DNA of 64,000 nt from a virus (taxonomy: Duplodnaviria > Caudoviricetes), in IMG/VR virus record IMGVR_UViG_3300020042_007950, positions 1 through 64,000 of that record; one strand, 5' to 3'. Shown piece after piece: positions 9,154 through 18,028 of this stretch; the first letter of the stretch is position 1, and every line of letters starts with the position of its first letter. The position numbers and the translations under genes were made by a program. The notes beneath the pieces are model-generated. The model was not told the origin of the DNA. It saw only the letters and a program-made list of their open reading frames with translations, and ran no database searches.

Positions 9154-11244
9154 ATGGCTAAGAAATTACAAAAAAATACATCAATAGCTAAAGCAAAAAG
9201 TCTTAAAACAAACGTTACTCGTAAGTTTGCTGTCGGTGGGCCAGTAAATTTTGGTCTTGAAAATTTAATAGATCCTGAAAATCCAATTACAACTACAGGA
9301 GGCCCAGCAAAAGATCAATTTTTTCCAGAATATTATAAAGCTAATAAAGAAGTTTTTGACAAAGCTGACTCTGAAGCTAGATCTTGGGGAAATGATTGGT
9401 TTGAAAAAAGAAAACAACTTCCACAATTTACAGACACATCAGATGTATTTTTAAATACGTTTAGGAACTCTGCACCAGCTCAATATTTTACAGAAGAAGC
9501 TTATGATAAAACAAACTACCTTGGTGGAAAAGCACCTAGTTTAGCAACTGCTGCTACACCTGCTCTTTTTGATAATATTCAAACAGGTAATATCCAAGAT
9601 GCTGCAGACGAAGCTTTAAAAAACAATCCTTACTCTTCTCCTAAATTAGAAAAAGGGTACATGAAAACAATAAATGAAGCTGGAGAAAAAGATTATTTAA
9701 ATACAAATTCTGTGTATTATAGAGGGCTAGAAGGAGCAAGGCCTTATGTAGCTTATGAGGAACTTAACCATATTGGTTCAAACATAGCTGGACAAATTCC
9801 TAATAACACTCATGCTGCAGGTATGGAAATACTTGGAAACACTATTACTCCAGATTTAGTAAATAGCATGGGATACAAAGATGTCGATAAAAGCATGGGA
9901 GCTTATTATGCAGACCCAGAAGAATATTACACCAGTCTACAAACTGCTAGAAAAGCCCTTAATTTAGATGCTACAAAAAACTACACTGAAGATGAAATGT
10001 ATGATATTTTAGAATCAGGTAGAACTAAAGGTAAATCTGGGCTTTTTAATAAAGAAAGTGCAGAAGAAGGCCAAATGACAAGATTCTATCAAGCTATTGG
10101 TTATCCTACAGGATCTTCTAAATTTGTAAATGGAAAAAATATTGAAGATCTTACTGGTGACGAACTTGAACAATATAATCAAGCTAAAAGAGACGCAGTT
10201 AAAAGATTTCTAATTACTCACAATGCTGTAGCAGAAAACAAAACAAACACAGAAGATTACGGTCTTCCCAAAGCATCTCGTTATGGTGGATACAAATATA
10301 AGAATGGAGGCCCTAATAAAAAAAAAGAGCCTGAAACTACTCATTACACTGTAGCTAATGGAAAATATATATTTACTCTTCCTGACGGCACAGCTTGGGA
10401 TGCAGGAAGTAAAAAAAGAGCAGAAAACTTAAATAATTATTTTAATAATGGTTGGGGCTGGACAGGTGAAAAAACAGCAGATGGTTCCCCAGCATATAGC
10501 AGATTGCATGATCTAAGTAACAACAGAGAAGAAATACTACCAGAAGTGAATGAATTTATTGCTGAACCAGCACGTGTAGAAGGTGAGTATAAAACTGAAA
10601 TGCAGACTGCAAATGAAGGAGTAATAGTTAGAGTGCACGATAAAAATCAAAGATTTATTAGATGGGAAACTCCTGATGGAAAAATAATTCACATTACCAA
10701 TCCTACTGGAAGCCCAACCTCTGATTTTGATCCTGTCTATAAACCTAAAAGGGATAAAGATATTCAAACAGGTGGAAAAGAGCAAGAGGAAAAACTAAGA
10801 AAAAGAAGAGAAGCAGAGAAAAAGAATGTAGCAGCATTTGAAATGGGTGGAAAAGCAGATCCTGGAAAACGTACCAAAGAACTTAGCACTAGAACTAAAA
10901 CTACAGACCAGAACTATGTCATTAAACAAGACATGTATGATGAGGGAGACTATGACAGTGTTGAAACTAAAACTAGGAGAAGTTTAAAAGGCTTTATTAA
11001 AGGAGCCCCTAAGCCAGAAGCACCGTTTACAAGAAAAATTTCTGGTGAATTTGCAGAAGGAGGAATGAATAAAAACATGCTTAATGCAAACTCTACAACT
11101 GGTCCAAGATCAGAACAGTCTTGGCAAAACCCTGGAGTTAACAGATTCTCAGGTAATACTAATGGTGTAAACGCTGACTATTACTTCAAAAGAGGAGGAT
11201 TAAAGTCAAAAGTTTCTTCAAAATTTGCTAAGTTAAAATTATAG
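9154..11244 (+). CDS. Second mosaic putative internal virion protein (GG-delimited modules, degenerate zincin-like module)
   Basis: ATG at 9154 (TAA-C-ATG) preferred over the TTG at 9112; FAVGG, YKNGG, FEMGG, FAEGG, FKRGG; EELNH...YYADPEE. Confidence 0.6.
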   Translation: MAKKLQKNTSIAKAKSLKTNVTRKFAVGGPVNFGLENLIDPENPITTTGGPAKDQFFPEYYKANKEVFDKADSEARSWGNDWFEKRKQLPQFTDTSDVFLNTFRNSAPAQYFTEEAYDKTNYLGGKAPSLATAATPALFDNIQTGNIQDAADEALKNNPYSSPKLEKGYMKTINEAGEKDYLNTNSVYYRGLEGARPYVAYEELNHIGSNIAGQIPNNTHAAGMEILGNTITPDLVNSMGYKDVDKSMGAYYADPEEYYTSLQTARKALNLDATKNYTEDEMYDILESGRTKGKSGLFNKESAEEGQMTRFYQAIGYPTGSSKFVNGKNIEDLTGDELEQYNQAKRDAVKRFLITHNAVAENKTNTEDYGLPKASRYGGYKYKNGGPNKKKEPETTHYTVANGKYIFTLPDGTAWDAGSKKRAENLNNYFNNGWGWTGEKTADGSPAYSRLHDLSNNREEILPEVNEFIAEPARVEGEYKTEMQTANEGVIVRVHDKNQRFIRWETPDGKIIHITNPTGSPTSDFDPVYKPKRDKDIQTGGKEQEEKLRKRREAEKKNVAAFEMGGKADPGKRTKELSTRTKTTDQNYVIKQDMYDEGDYDSVETKTRRSLKGFIKGAPKPEAPFTRKISGEFAEGGMNKNMLNANSTTGPRSEQSWQNPGVNRFSGNTNGVNADYYFKRGGLKSKVSSKFAKLKL

Positions 11245-11291
11245 CAAGTGCTATACAATAAGTAAAAGTATAAAAGATAAATTTATACTTT
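11240..11291. promoter_or_regulatory. Two inverted repeats upstream of the scaffold-capsid operon
   Basis: TATAGC-AAGT-GCTATA (11240-11255) and the perfect 10-bp AAAGTATAAA-N7-TTTATACTTT (11265-11291). Confidence 0.55.
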
Positions 11292-11310
11292 AAGATTAAA
11301 AGTAAACCAA

Positions 11311-11318
11311 TACCTTTG
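11311..11318 (+). promoter_or_regulatory. -7 box TACCTTTG, 4 nt before the scaffold ATG
   Basis: Exact TAnnTTTG match. Confidence 0.65.
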
Positions 11319-11322
11319 TTAT

Positions 11323-12441
11323 ATGAGTAAACCAGAACAAAAACTTAACTTCTCAGACATCTCTTTCGACGACATGATAGGAGACGGACTGACACCCTCA
11401 GATCCTAAAGAGGATTCTGATAACAACATTGACAATTTAGAAGACGATCCTGAGGAAGACGAGGATGAAGATCCTAATCTTCCTGATGATAATGACTCTG
11501 ATGATGAACCTGGACAAAAGTATAAGTCAGTAAATGACGATAACGATGACGAAGGTGATTTTGATAATGAAGATGGAGACGACTCTATTGGGTCTGTAGC
11601 AGATACAATTGCAAAAGCTTTAGGCTATGAATTGGATGCTGAATATGCAGACACAGAAGAAGGCTTAATCGAATTTACAAAAGACATTGCTCAGAACATT
11701 GCTGAAGAACAACTACAAGAATTATTTGAGCAGTTCCCATTAGTACAAAAGCATCTTGATTTTGTAATGGCTGGTGGGGATCCTGAAAAATTCTTTGATG
11801 CTTACAATCCTACATTAGATTTCAACAGAATTGAAATTGATGCAAGTGATACAAGAACACAGAAAGGAATTGTAGCTGAGTTTTTCAAAAGCAAAGGTCA
11901 CGATAATGAGTTCATCAAAGAAATGCTTGAAGAATTTGAAGACTCTGGAAAACTTTACGATAAAGCTCAACATGCTAAAAAACAATTAGGAGCTATTCAA
12001 GAAAGAGAAAGAGGAATGATGGTTCAACAACAACGTCAACAACAACAATTAGAAGCACAACGTCAACAAGAATTTTGGGAGGATGTGGCTGGACGTATTG
12101 ATGAAGGCAACGAGTTTGCAGGCATCCGTATCCCAGACCGTGAAAAAGCAAAATTCTTTGACTACATCTCTGCACCGGCTAACAAAAATGGCCAAACAAA
12201 GAGAGATATAGATTATGCTCAATCTAATATAGATGTAAAATTAGCCTTGGACTACTTAATGTACAAGGGTTTGAAACTTGAAGATATCATTAATACTAAA
12301 GCTAAATCAGTTAGTACTAGAGGTCTAAGAGATAGAATCCAAGGACACCAAGAACGTGTGAAGAACATGGGTAAAGTAGAAAGAGGAGGAAATAAGAAAT
12401 TTGATCCAGATAGTCTGGACATGAAGAGGCTGTTTGAATAA
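11323..12441 (+). CDS. Putative capsid scaffolding/assembly protein
   Basis: Very acidic N-terminus, helical Gln-rich C-terminal half, immediately upstream of the MCP (conserved crAss-like position). Confidence 0.75.
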   Translation: MSKPEQKLNFSDISFDDMIGDGLTPSDPKEDSDNNIDNLEDDPEEDEDEDPNLPDDNDSDDEPGQKYKSVNDDNDDEGDFDNEDGDDSIGSVADTIAKALGYELDAEYADTEEGLIEFTKDIAQNIAEEQLQELFEQFPLVQKHLDFVMAGGDPEKFFDAYNPTLDFNRIEIDASDTRTQKGIVAEFFKSKGHDNEFIKEMLEEFEDSGKLYDKAQHAKKQLGAIQERERGMMVQQQRQQQQLEAQRQQEFWEDVAGRIDEGNEFAGIRIPDREKAKFFDYISAPANKNGQTKRDIDYAQSNIDVKLALDYLMYKGLKLEDIINTKAKSVSTRGLRDRIQGHQERVKNMGKVERGGNKKFDPDSLDMKRLFE

Positions 12442-12471
12442 AACGCAAATTAACTTTAAAAACTAAGAATC

Positions 12472-13899
12472 ATGTCAGTAATGCAAGTATTAAAAACGTA
12501 CTATAACGATGCACAAATGACCGACACTAACTCGTTGGTTAATGCACTTATGGAACGTCCAGAGGAGTTGTCTCCTATTATTACTCACTTAGCAGGTCGT
12601 GAAGAGAAAAAGTTCCCATTGTCTTTCTTAACAGAAGGTGTTGGAAACACTAAATCTATCGATCGTTTTGAGTATGAGTACCGTGTTAAAACACACGAAA
12701 TCAATGTTCGTCCAGTTATTGCTAATACTGGTACTGGAGCTGCAGGTGCACCGTTCACCTTGACTTTCCCGGACAAATGGTTCGTATTCCCTTACACTTT
12801 GGTTTCTCAATCAGGTGTGTTGGCACGTATCATGGATGAGCCTGTTGTAGATGGTGCTGGATGGAAGTACACTTTGAAGTGTGTTTCTCCTGACCAAACT
12901 GCTGCTTTATCTGCATCAGCTGGTGGAGATATTGCTGCTGGTGCTCTTTGGGGTCAATTGTATGCTAACGTAGGAATCGATTTCTCTCGTGGAAATGCTT
13001 CTAACTGGACTGCTCCAGGATTAGTTCGTTCTAAGATTGGAACAATTCGTAAGTCTTATCACTTCTCTGGAAATGCTAAAGATTACGTTGCACAATTCGA
13101 ACTTCCTTTGAAAGAAGGTAGCAAAACTAAGTTGTGGATGGATTACGAAGAGTACCGTCACATGTTGAAGTTCAAAGAAGAGTGTGAAATGTACTACTGG
13201 TACGGTGCTAAAACTCACGATGCAAATGGTGCTTCTACCATGTTGGATGAGAATGGTCAACCAGTTGTTTCAGGTCCTGGTCTTCTTGAGCAAATTATCA
13301 ACAAAGACACTTACTCTACGTTGACTCAAACTAAACTTGAAGAAACAATTGGAGATTTGTTCTATGGTATGACTGATGCTACAGACAAGCAAGTTACCCT
13401 TTACACTGGTATCGGTGGAGCTCGTGAATTTGACAAAGCACTTCGTACATACTACTCTGGTAGCCCATTCTTACAAACTACTCAACCTAAATTCATCACT
13501 GGATCAGGTCGTAATTTGGGAATCACTGGTTACTTCACTAGCTATGACCACGTTGATGGTTATTCTGTGAACGTAGTTAAATCTCACTTGTTTGATCACG
13601 GTCCAGTTGCTCAAGCTTCTAAGAAGCACCCAGTTTCTGGTCTTCCTATGGAGTCTTACCGTATGGTATTTGTTGACCAATCTACTTATGATGGTGAAAA
13701 CAACCTTCAGATGATCAACAAGAAAGGTCGTGAATTACTTCGTTGGTGTGTTGCAGGTTCAGTTGTTCCGAAAGGATTTACTGGAACTGATGCACGTGCA
13801 AGTGATATTGACGGTGCTTCTGTTCACATGTTGAAGACTGCAGGTATCTTACTTCGTCGTTTCGATACCAGCTTAGATCTACAATGTGTAGCATCGTAA
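12472..13899 (+). CDS. Major capsid protein (crAss-like HK97 fold)
   Basis: 475 aa; IRKSYHFSG, LKFKEECEMYYWYG, GPGLLEQI, LYTGIGGAREFD, FTSYDHVDG; strongly optimised codon usage; followed by a terminator. Confidence 0.92.
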   Translation: MSVMQVLKTYYNDAQMTDTNSLVNALMERPEELSPIITHLAGREEKKFPLSFLTEGVGNTKSIDRFEYEYRVKTHEINVRPVIANTGTGAAGAPFTLTFPDKWFVFPYTLVSQSGVLARIMDEPVVDGAGWKYTLKCVSPDQTAALSASAGGDIAAGALWGQLYANVGIDFSRGNASNWTAPGLVRSKIGTIRKSYHFSGNAKDYVAQFELPLKEGSKTKLWMDYEEYRHMLKFKEECEMYYWYGAKTHDANGASTMLDENGQPVVSGPGLLEQIINKDTYSTLTQTKLEETIGDLFYGMTDATDKQVTLYTGIGGAREFDKALRTYYSGSPFLQTTQPKFITGSGRNLGITGYFTSYDHVDGYSVNVVKSHLFDHGPVAQASKKHPVSGLPMESYRMVFVDQSTYDGENNLQMINKKGRELLRWCVAGSVVPKGFTGTDARASDIDGASVHMLKTAGILLRRFDTSLDLQCVAS

Positions 13900-13917
13900 T
13901 TTGTGTTGGTTTGCACT

Positions 13918-13949
13918 AAAAAAGGGGCAGGTTCTGCCTGCTCCTTTTT
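13918..13949 (+). terminator. Rho-independent terminator after the MCP
   Basis: AAAAAAGGGGCAGG-TTCTG-CCTGCTCCTTTTT stem-loop with U tract. Confidence 0.85.
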
Positions 13950-14012
13950 ATCTTATATAAAAACATGTTAGGTTATTCTTTCCCCTAACGATACAACAAA
14001 AAGAACTACATA

Positions 14013-14816
14013 ATGAGAAAAGTTATTTTGAGAAGAAAGGAAGTGTTAAATCACCTCCCAAAAGAGATCAGAGCAGGAGCAAAGATCAAATTAGGTTCAC
14101 TTTTTGTGGACCGTCAGCCACTCAGAGGATTGACTGACAAAGAAGAGGAAACTCTTTTAAAAGGAATTATTGATGTACCACCTGGACATGAGAAATGGCC
14201 AGAAAAAACCAAAGACTTTTGGGCTAGCCTTAGTGTTAAGGTTCCATTTGAAGGGGTTGAACTAAACATCACTGTAGACGATAGTGGAGAACCTGAAGAA
14301 AGGATGCAATACATTATCTACAAATGGGCTTTAAAACACCGACAAGTTGCAATCAACGAAGAGGAGATGAAAGAACAAACCGGTAAAAGGTTTTACATTT
14401 ACGATCCAGAAAAAGATTTGTTAAAACGTAACGAAAAGGTGCAAGTAAGAAAAGATGCTGATAGAGAGTTTATCAAAGTATCTAGTGAAATTGACAAAAT
14501 GAAAGTGTTAGCACGAGTGTTATTAAACACAGATCCTAACAGAATGGCAGAACTGGAATTAGAAAATAACTTGTATGATTACAAAAATTCTAACCCAGAA
14601 CGTTTCTTGAAATACTGCAAAGATCCAAACCTTGAAATCCAAGCAGAAATTGAAGAGATGGTTGAAGCTTCTGTTCTTCGTAAAATTGGTAACCAAGTTA
14701 TTTTTGGGGACGAAACAATCGGAGAAGATATGAAAGACACAATCACATACTTCAAAAACAAGAAAAACTCTGGACAAGTTAATGTAATGAAAGCAAGATT
14801 GAAAGAAGTATCTTAA
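14013..14816 (+). CDS. Conserved crAss-like post-capsid protein (function uncertain)
   Basis: 267-aa intact ORF right after the MCP terminator; synteny with the crAss capsid module. Confidence 0.6.
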   Translation: MRKVILRRKEVLNHLPKEIRAGAKIKLGSLFVDRQPLRGLTDKEEETLLKGIIDVPPGHEKWPEKTKDFWASLSVKVPFEGVELNITVDDSGEPEERMQYIIYKWALKHRQVAINEEEMKEQTGKRFYIYDPEKDLLKRNEKVQVRKDADREFIKVSSEIDKMKVLARVLLNTDPNRMAELELENNLYDYKNSNPERFLKYCKDPNLEIQAEIEEMVEASVLRKIGNQVIFGDETIGEDMKDTITYFKNKKNSGQVNVMKARLKEVS

Positions 14817-14834
14817 CCAAAACCTAACTAGTCG

Positions 14835-15971
14835 ATGACTGTTAACGAAATGCATATAGCTGTCAACCAAGGGGTGCAAAAAATTGCATCCTTCCAGGTT
14901 GACAACTTATTACCTCAGGAGATCGACCATGAGTTGAACCTTGCTATGATGAGATTTATCAAGCAAAGATTTAGCCCTACGTCTAACCGTGTTGGTAAAG
15001 GTTTCGAACAGTCTCAGAAAAGAATAGACGATCTTCGTACGTTGTTAGTAGAACATTCAAACTCTACTGATAGCCAAGGAGTAGTTTATACTTCAAATTA
15101 TTCAGATGTCTATGTGGATAGGTACACCCTTCCACTAGACTATCTGTTTCTTATATCAGTAAGAACTTTTGTTCAATACGGATGTGGAGGAGCTATTGCA
15201 GTTGTACCAGAAGAAACTGTTACAAAAGCAATAAAAATAGATTTAACTCCACCTGCACCTGGGTACGTGTTAACTTCTATTTCTAGAAAAAACTCAGTAG
15301 GGGGTTACGAAACTATAACTAATTTACCTATAGGCCAAGAAATTACCCCAGATTTATTAATCAATAGCAGTAACTATAATTTTGGAATTATACCAGCTAC
15401 ATCAGCTGAAGCTTCAACTTATGGGATTACTAGCCAAAACCCTTTGCAAAGTGATAGTAATCATTTATATTTAATTGATTATGCAGCATACACCGGAGAC
15501 CCTGTTTGGTACGGGCCAAACTATGTCAATACAACATGGGTACCTTCAAATGGAAACATGTCTCAAGCTTGGCCTTTGCCTAGGTATAGTAATGAAATTG
15601 AAGTAGCTGCTAAAACAACCCGAAAGTCTGACGGGTCTAAGCAAATGACTTCACTGGCTTCATTTGGTCAACATGATGATATTTTGTATATGATGGATGA
15701 TCCATTTAATAAAGCTTGGTACAAAGAGCCAACATATACAATAGAAGGAAATTATATCGATGTTTACACCGATAACGAATTTGTAGTTCCGAAAGTTACA
15801 ATTAAGTATATTCGGAAACCTTTAGAAATTTCAATTACAAAAGGAATTGGATGTGAGCTAGCTGTTCACACTCATCACGAAATAATTGAAATGACTATAA
15901 AAAGCATACTGGAAGGTATTCAAGACCCAAGGTATCAAACTCAGTCAATGGAAACATTGGAGAGTGAATAA
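14835..15971 (+). CDS. Head-tail connector/tail ring protein
   Basis: MTVNEMH...EIDHELNLA...GFEQSQKRIDDLRTL at the N-terminus and KYIRKP...CELAVHTHHEII at the C-terminus, typical of crAss ring proteins; central insertion. Confidence 0.7.
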   Translation: MTVNEMHIAVNQGVQKIASFQVDNLLPQEIDHELNLAMMRFIKQRFSPTSNRVGKGFEQSQKRIDDLRTLLVEHSNSTDSQGVVYTSNYSDVYVDRYTLPLDYLFLISVRTFVQYGCGGAIAVVPEETVTKAIKIDLTPPAPGYVLTSISRKNSVGGYETITNLPIGQEITPDLLINSSNYNFGIIPATSAEASTYGITSQNPLQSDSNHLYLIDYAAYTGDPVWYGPNYVNTTWVPSNGNMSQAWPLPRYSNEIEVAAKTTRKSDGSKQMTSLASFGQHDDILYMMDDPFNKAWYKEPTYTIEGNYIDVYTDNEFVVPKVTIKYIRKPLEISITKGIGCELAVHTHHEIIEMTIKSILEGIQDPRYQTQSMETLESE

Positions 15972-16008
15972 TTAAATAATGTGTGTTTAACTCCTAAAAA
16001 TTAAAAAA

Positions 16009-17034
16009 ATGGGACCGTCTAATTTATCTCAAGTGTTCGTAGTACATGACACAGCCCTATTGGCTGCTGGTGTTGCTTTCAACACTTCTGCTGCTACAGC
16101 AAATGCTACTAAAATGGGAATCTACAATGTAGATGCAGCTGATTACTTTGCAACAGACCTTGCTACTACTGCAGTAACAAGAGTTCAATTTACTCAGCAA
16201 ACATTGGGTAATATTATCTCTACCCCGATCATCGATGTTGCTAACATCGTTCGTATTAACTACAACGGTTTTGCACTTGATGCTCAATCAAATGCAGTTA
16301 TAACTTGGGATCCTGCAGGTACTCCAGCAATGGGTACAACTAAGAACGTAATGGTTCGTATTGCACTTCGTACTGCTCCTACCAATTATGAGTCTTTTGC
16401 AAACCCTTCTAATCCTAACTTGGATACTACCGGAGCTGCAAAAGTATTCCCAATGATTGGTAACTTTGCTGCAGGTCGCCAGATCTTCAACGTTGAGATT
16501 CCAGTAGTTTCTACTGCTACTCCTACTCTTGCTGTTACTTTTGTAAAAAATGCAATTGCTGCTAACCCTACTTTGAATGCAATCTTCTCTACAAGTGGTA
16601 CTACCACTTTGGTTATGACTGCTCGTCATGTAGGTGTTGAATTTGATGTAGTTGTTCAGAATTCTGATGCAAGTGGAGCAGCTGGAACTGTTACCCCTTC
16701 TCGTACTACTCCTGCTACTAACTACACTCAAGTAATTTCTGCAGAGAAATCACAACGTGCTCGTTATGGTAACTTCAACCGTATGTACTTCCCTGTAGCT
16801 CAAGTTGACTATGCTCAACCTGGATACAAGTACGATATGATTGAAATTCAGTACAAGCATGATTGGCCAAGTTCTACAGGTATTGCTCGTGCAGGTGAAA
16901 TTAACACATTGAAGATTTTCGTAGGAACTTCTTCTACTGCTTTAGCTACACTTGGAACTATTGGTACTGCACTTGGTATTGCAGCTGGAGTTGATGAGCA
17001 ACAAATTCAGGAGTTTGTATTACAGACTGTCTAA
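16009..17034 (+). CDS. Abundant structural protein (probable auxiliary capsid/decoration protein)
   Basis: Ala/Thr-rich beta-type sequence, MCP-like codon bias (CGT, AAC, TTC), own terminator; assigned by synteny. Confidence 0.6.
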   Translation: MGPSNLSQVFVVHDTALLAAGVAFNTSAATANATKMGIYNVDAADYFATDLATTAVTRVQFTQQTLGNIISTPIIDVANIVRINYNGFALDAQSNAVITWDPAGTPAMGTTKNVMVRIALRTAPTNYESFANPSNPNLDTTGAAKVFPMIGNFAAGRQIFNVEIPVVSTATPTLAVTFVKNAIAANPTLNAIFSTSGTTTLVMTARHVGVEFDVVVQNSDASGAAGTVTPSRTTPATNYTQVISAEKSQRARYGNFNRMYFPVAQVDYAQPGYKYDMIEIQYKHDWPSSTGIARAGEINTLKIFVGTSSTALATLGTIGTALGIAAGVDEQQIQEFVLQTV

Positions 17035-17049
17035 TCTTAAACTAAATCT

Positions 17050-17079
17050 AAAAAGTGGGGGAGCAATCCCCTACTTTTT
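17050..17079 (+). terminator. Rho-independent terminator
   Basis: AAAAAGTGGGGGA-GCAA-TCCCCTACTTTTT, GNRA tetraloop plus U tract. Confidence 0.85.
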
Positions 17080-17107
17080 ATTATCTTTACACTTAAATTA
17101 ATCTCCA

Positions 17108-17578
17108 ATGGCTACTTTAACCAGCTCCACATTGTCAGCAGATTGTAAAACACTAACATTGGTGTATTCATCAGCTCCTGGTGTCGCAGATCTTTTAACT
17201 AATGAAATATCTGGAGCAACTATCTATGCAAATATTGCAGGAGGAGTAGTAGGAAACACTTGGACTGTTACATCTAGCATGATTTCTTTAAGTGGTGTTT
17301 TAACAGTATTAGAAGATATAGGAGCTACAAATGCTCCTAGAGCATACTTAATTGGAACTTGTGAGCTTGATTGCTGTGTTGCAAATCTATTACAGACCTC
17401 AATAGATTGTGCATGCAATTGCAGTAAATGTGATGACGACTTGAGAAAAGCCGAAAAAATTCATTTGTTATCAGAATCAGCAAAATATGCTGTGATAAAT
17501 AGCAACATTACCGATGCAATTAATAAGTACAAAACTGCTAAAAGTTTCTGTGATGAAACTTGTGGCTGTGGCTGCTAA
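17108..17578 (+). CDS. Cys-rich tail protein (putative tail hub/fibre-docking)
   Basis: CELDCC...CACNCSKC...CDETCGCGC C-terminus; located before the fibre gene. Confidence 0.5.
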   Translation: MATLTSSTLSADCKTLTLVYSSAPGVADLLTNEISGATIYANIAGGVVGNTWTVTSSMISLSGVLTVLEDIGATNAPRAYLIGTCELDCCVANLLQTSIDCACNCSKCDDDLRKAEKIHLLSESAKYAVINSNITDAINKYKTAKSFCDETCGCGC

Positions 17579-17589
17579 AAATATATAAA

Positions 17590-18021
17590 ATGGGATACAT
17601 TCCTACCTCAATTAATACTGTAGCTTTTGGAACTTTGCTAGATTCTTACAAATCTTGTTTAGATACTAAAGGTACTATATATCATAATAGACTTGTTGGG
17701 GGAATGAAGCATAGTAATTCTGATTTACTAAAATTAGAGTTAATCACTTATCTTTTAAAGAATTCTTCTACTATAGGTCTTGACTGCATATTTGATGAGA
17801 CTGAATTCCCAGGAATGATTCAGTCAAATTTTTCTGCTACAGCTCTTAGCCCTGTAGGTCATTTACAAAGTTTTGTGGATTTTGCCTCAAGATTTTGCAA
17901 AGATTGTATTACTTCAACTCTTGTTGCTGCACCTGCTGCAGCAGCTACTACATATAGACTATTTGCTGAAGATGGTGTAACAGAAATTACACTAGAAAAC
18001 GGTGGAAACATAAACTTATAA
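17590..18021 (+). CDS. Second putative tail hub protein
   Basis: ATG at 17590 preferred over 17560; FASRFCKDC; ends in the LFAEDG.TEITLENG fibre-like motif. Confidence 0.5.
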   Translation: MGYIPTSINTVAFGTLLDSYKSCLDTKGTIYHNRLVGGMKHSNSDLLKLELITYLLKNSSTIGLDCIFDETEFPGMIQSNFSATALSPVGHLQSFVDFASRFCKDCITSTLVAAPAAAATTYRLFAEDGVTEITLENGGNINL

Positions 18022-18028
18022 TAAAGAA

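Noticed and set aside
9070-9156. Possible +1 frameshift at the A7 run (9138-9144) fusing ORFs 7182 and 9154 into one polyprotein
   Set aside because: The +1 frame is open over 9070-9154, but a proper ATG follows the stop by 1 nt, A runs are common here, and no stimulatory structure is seen.
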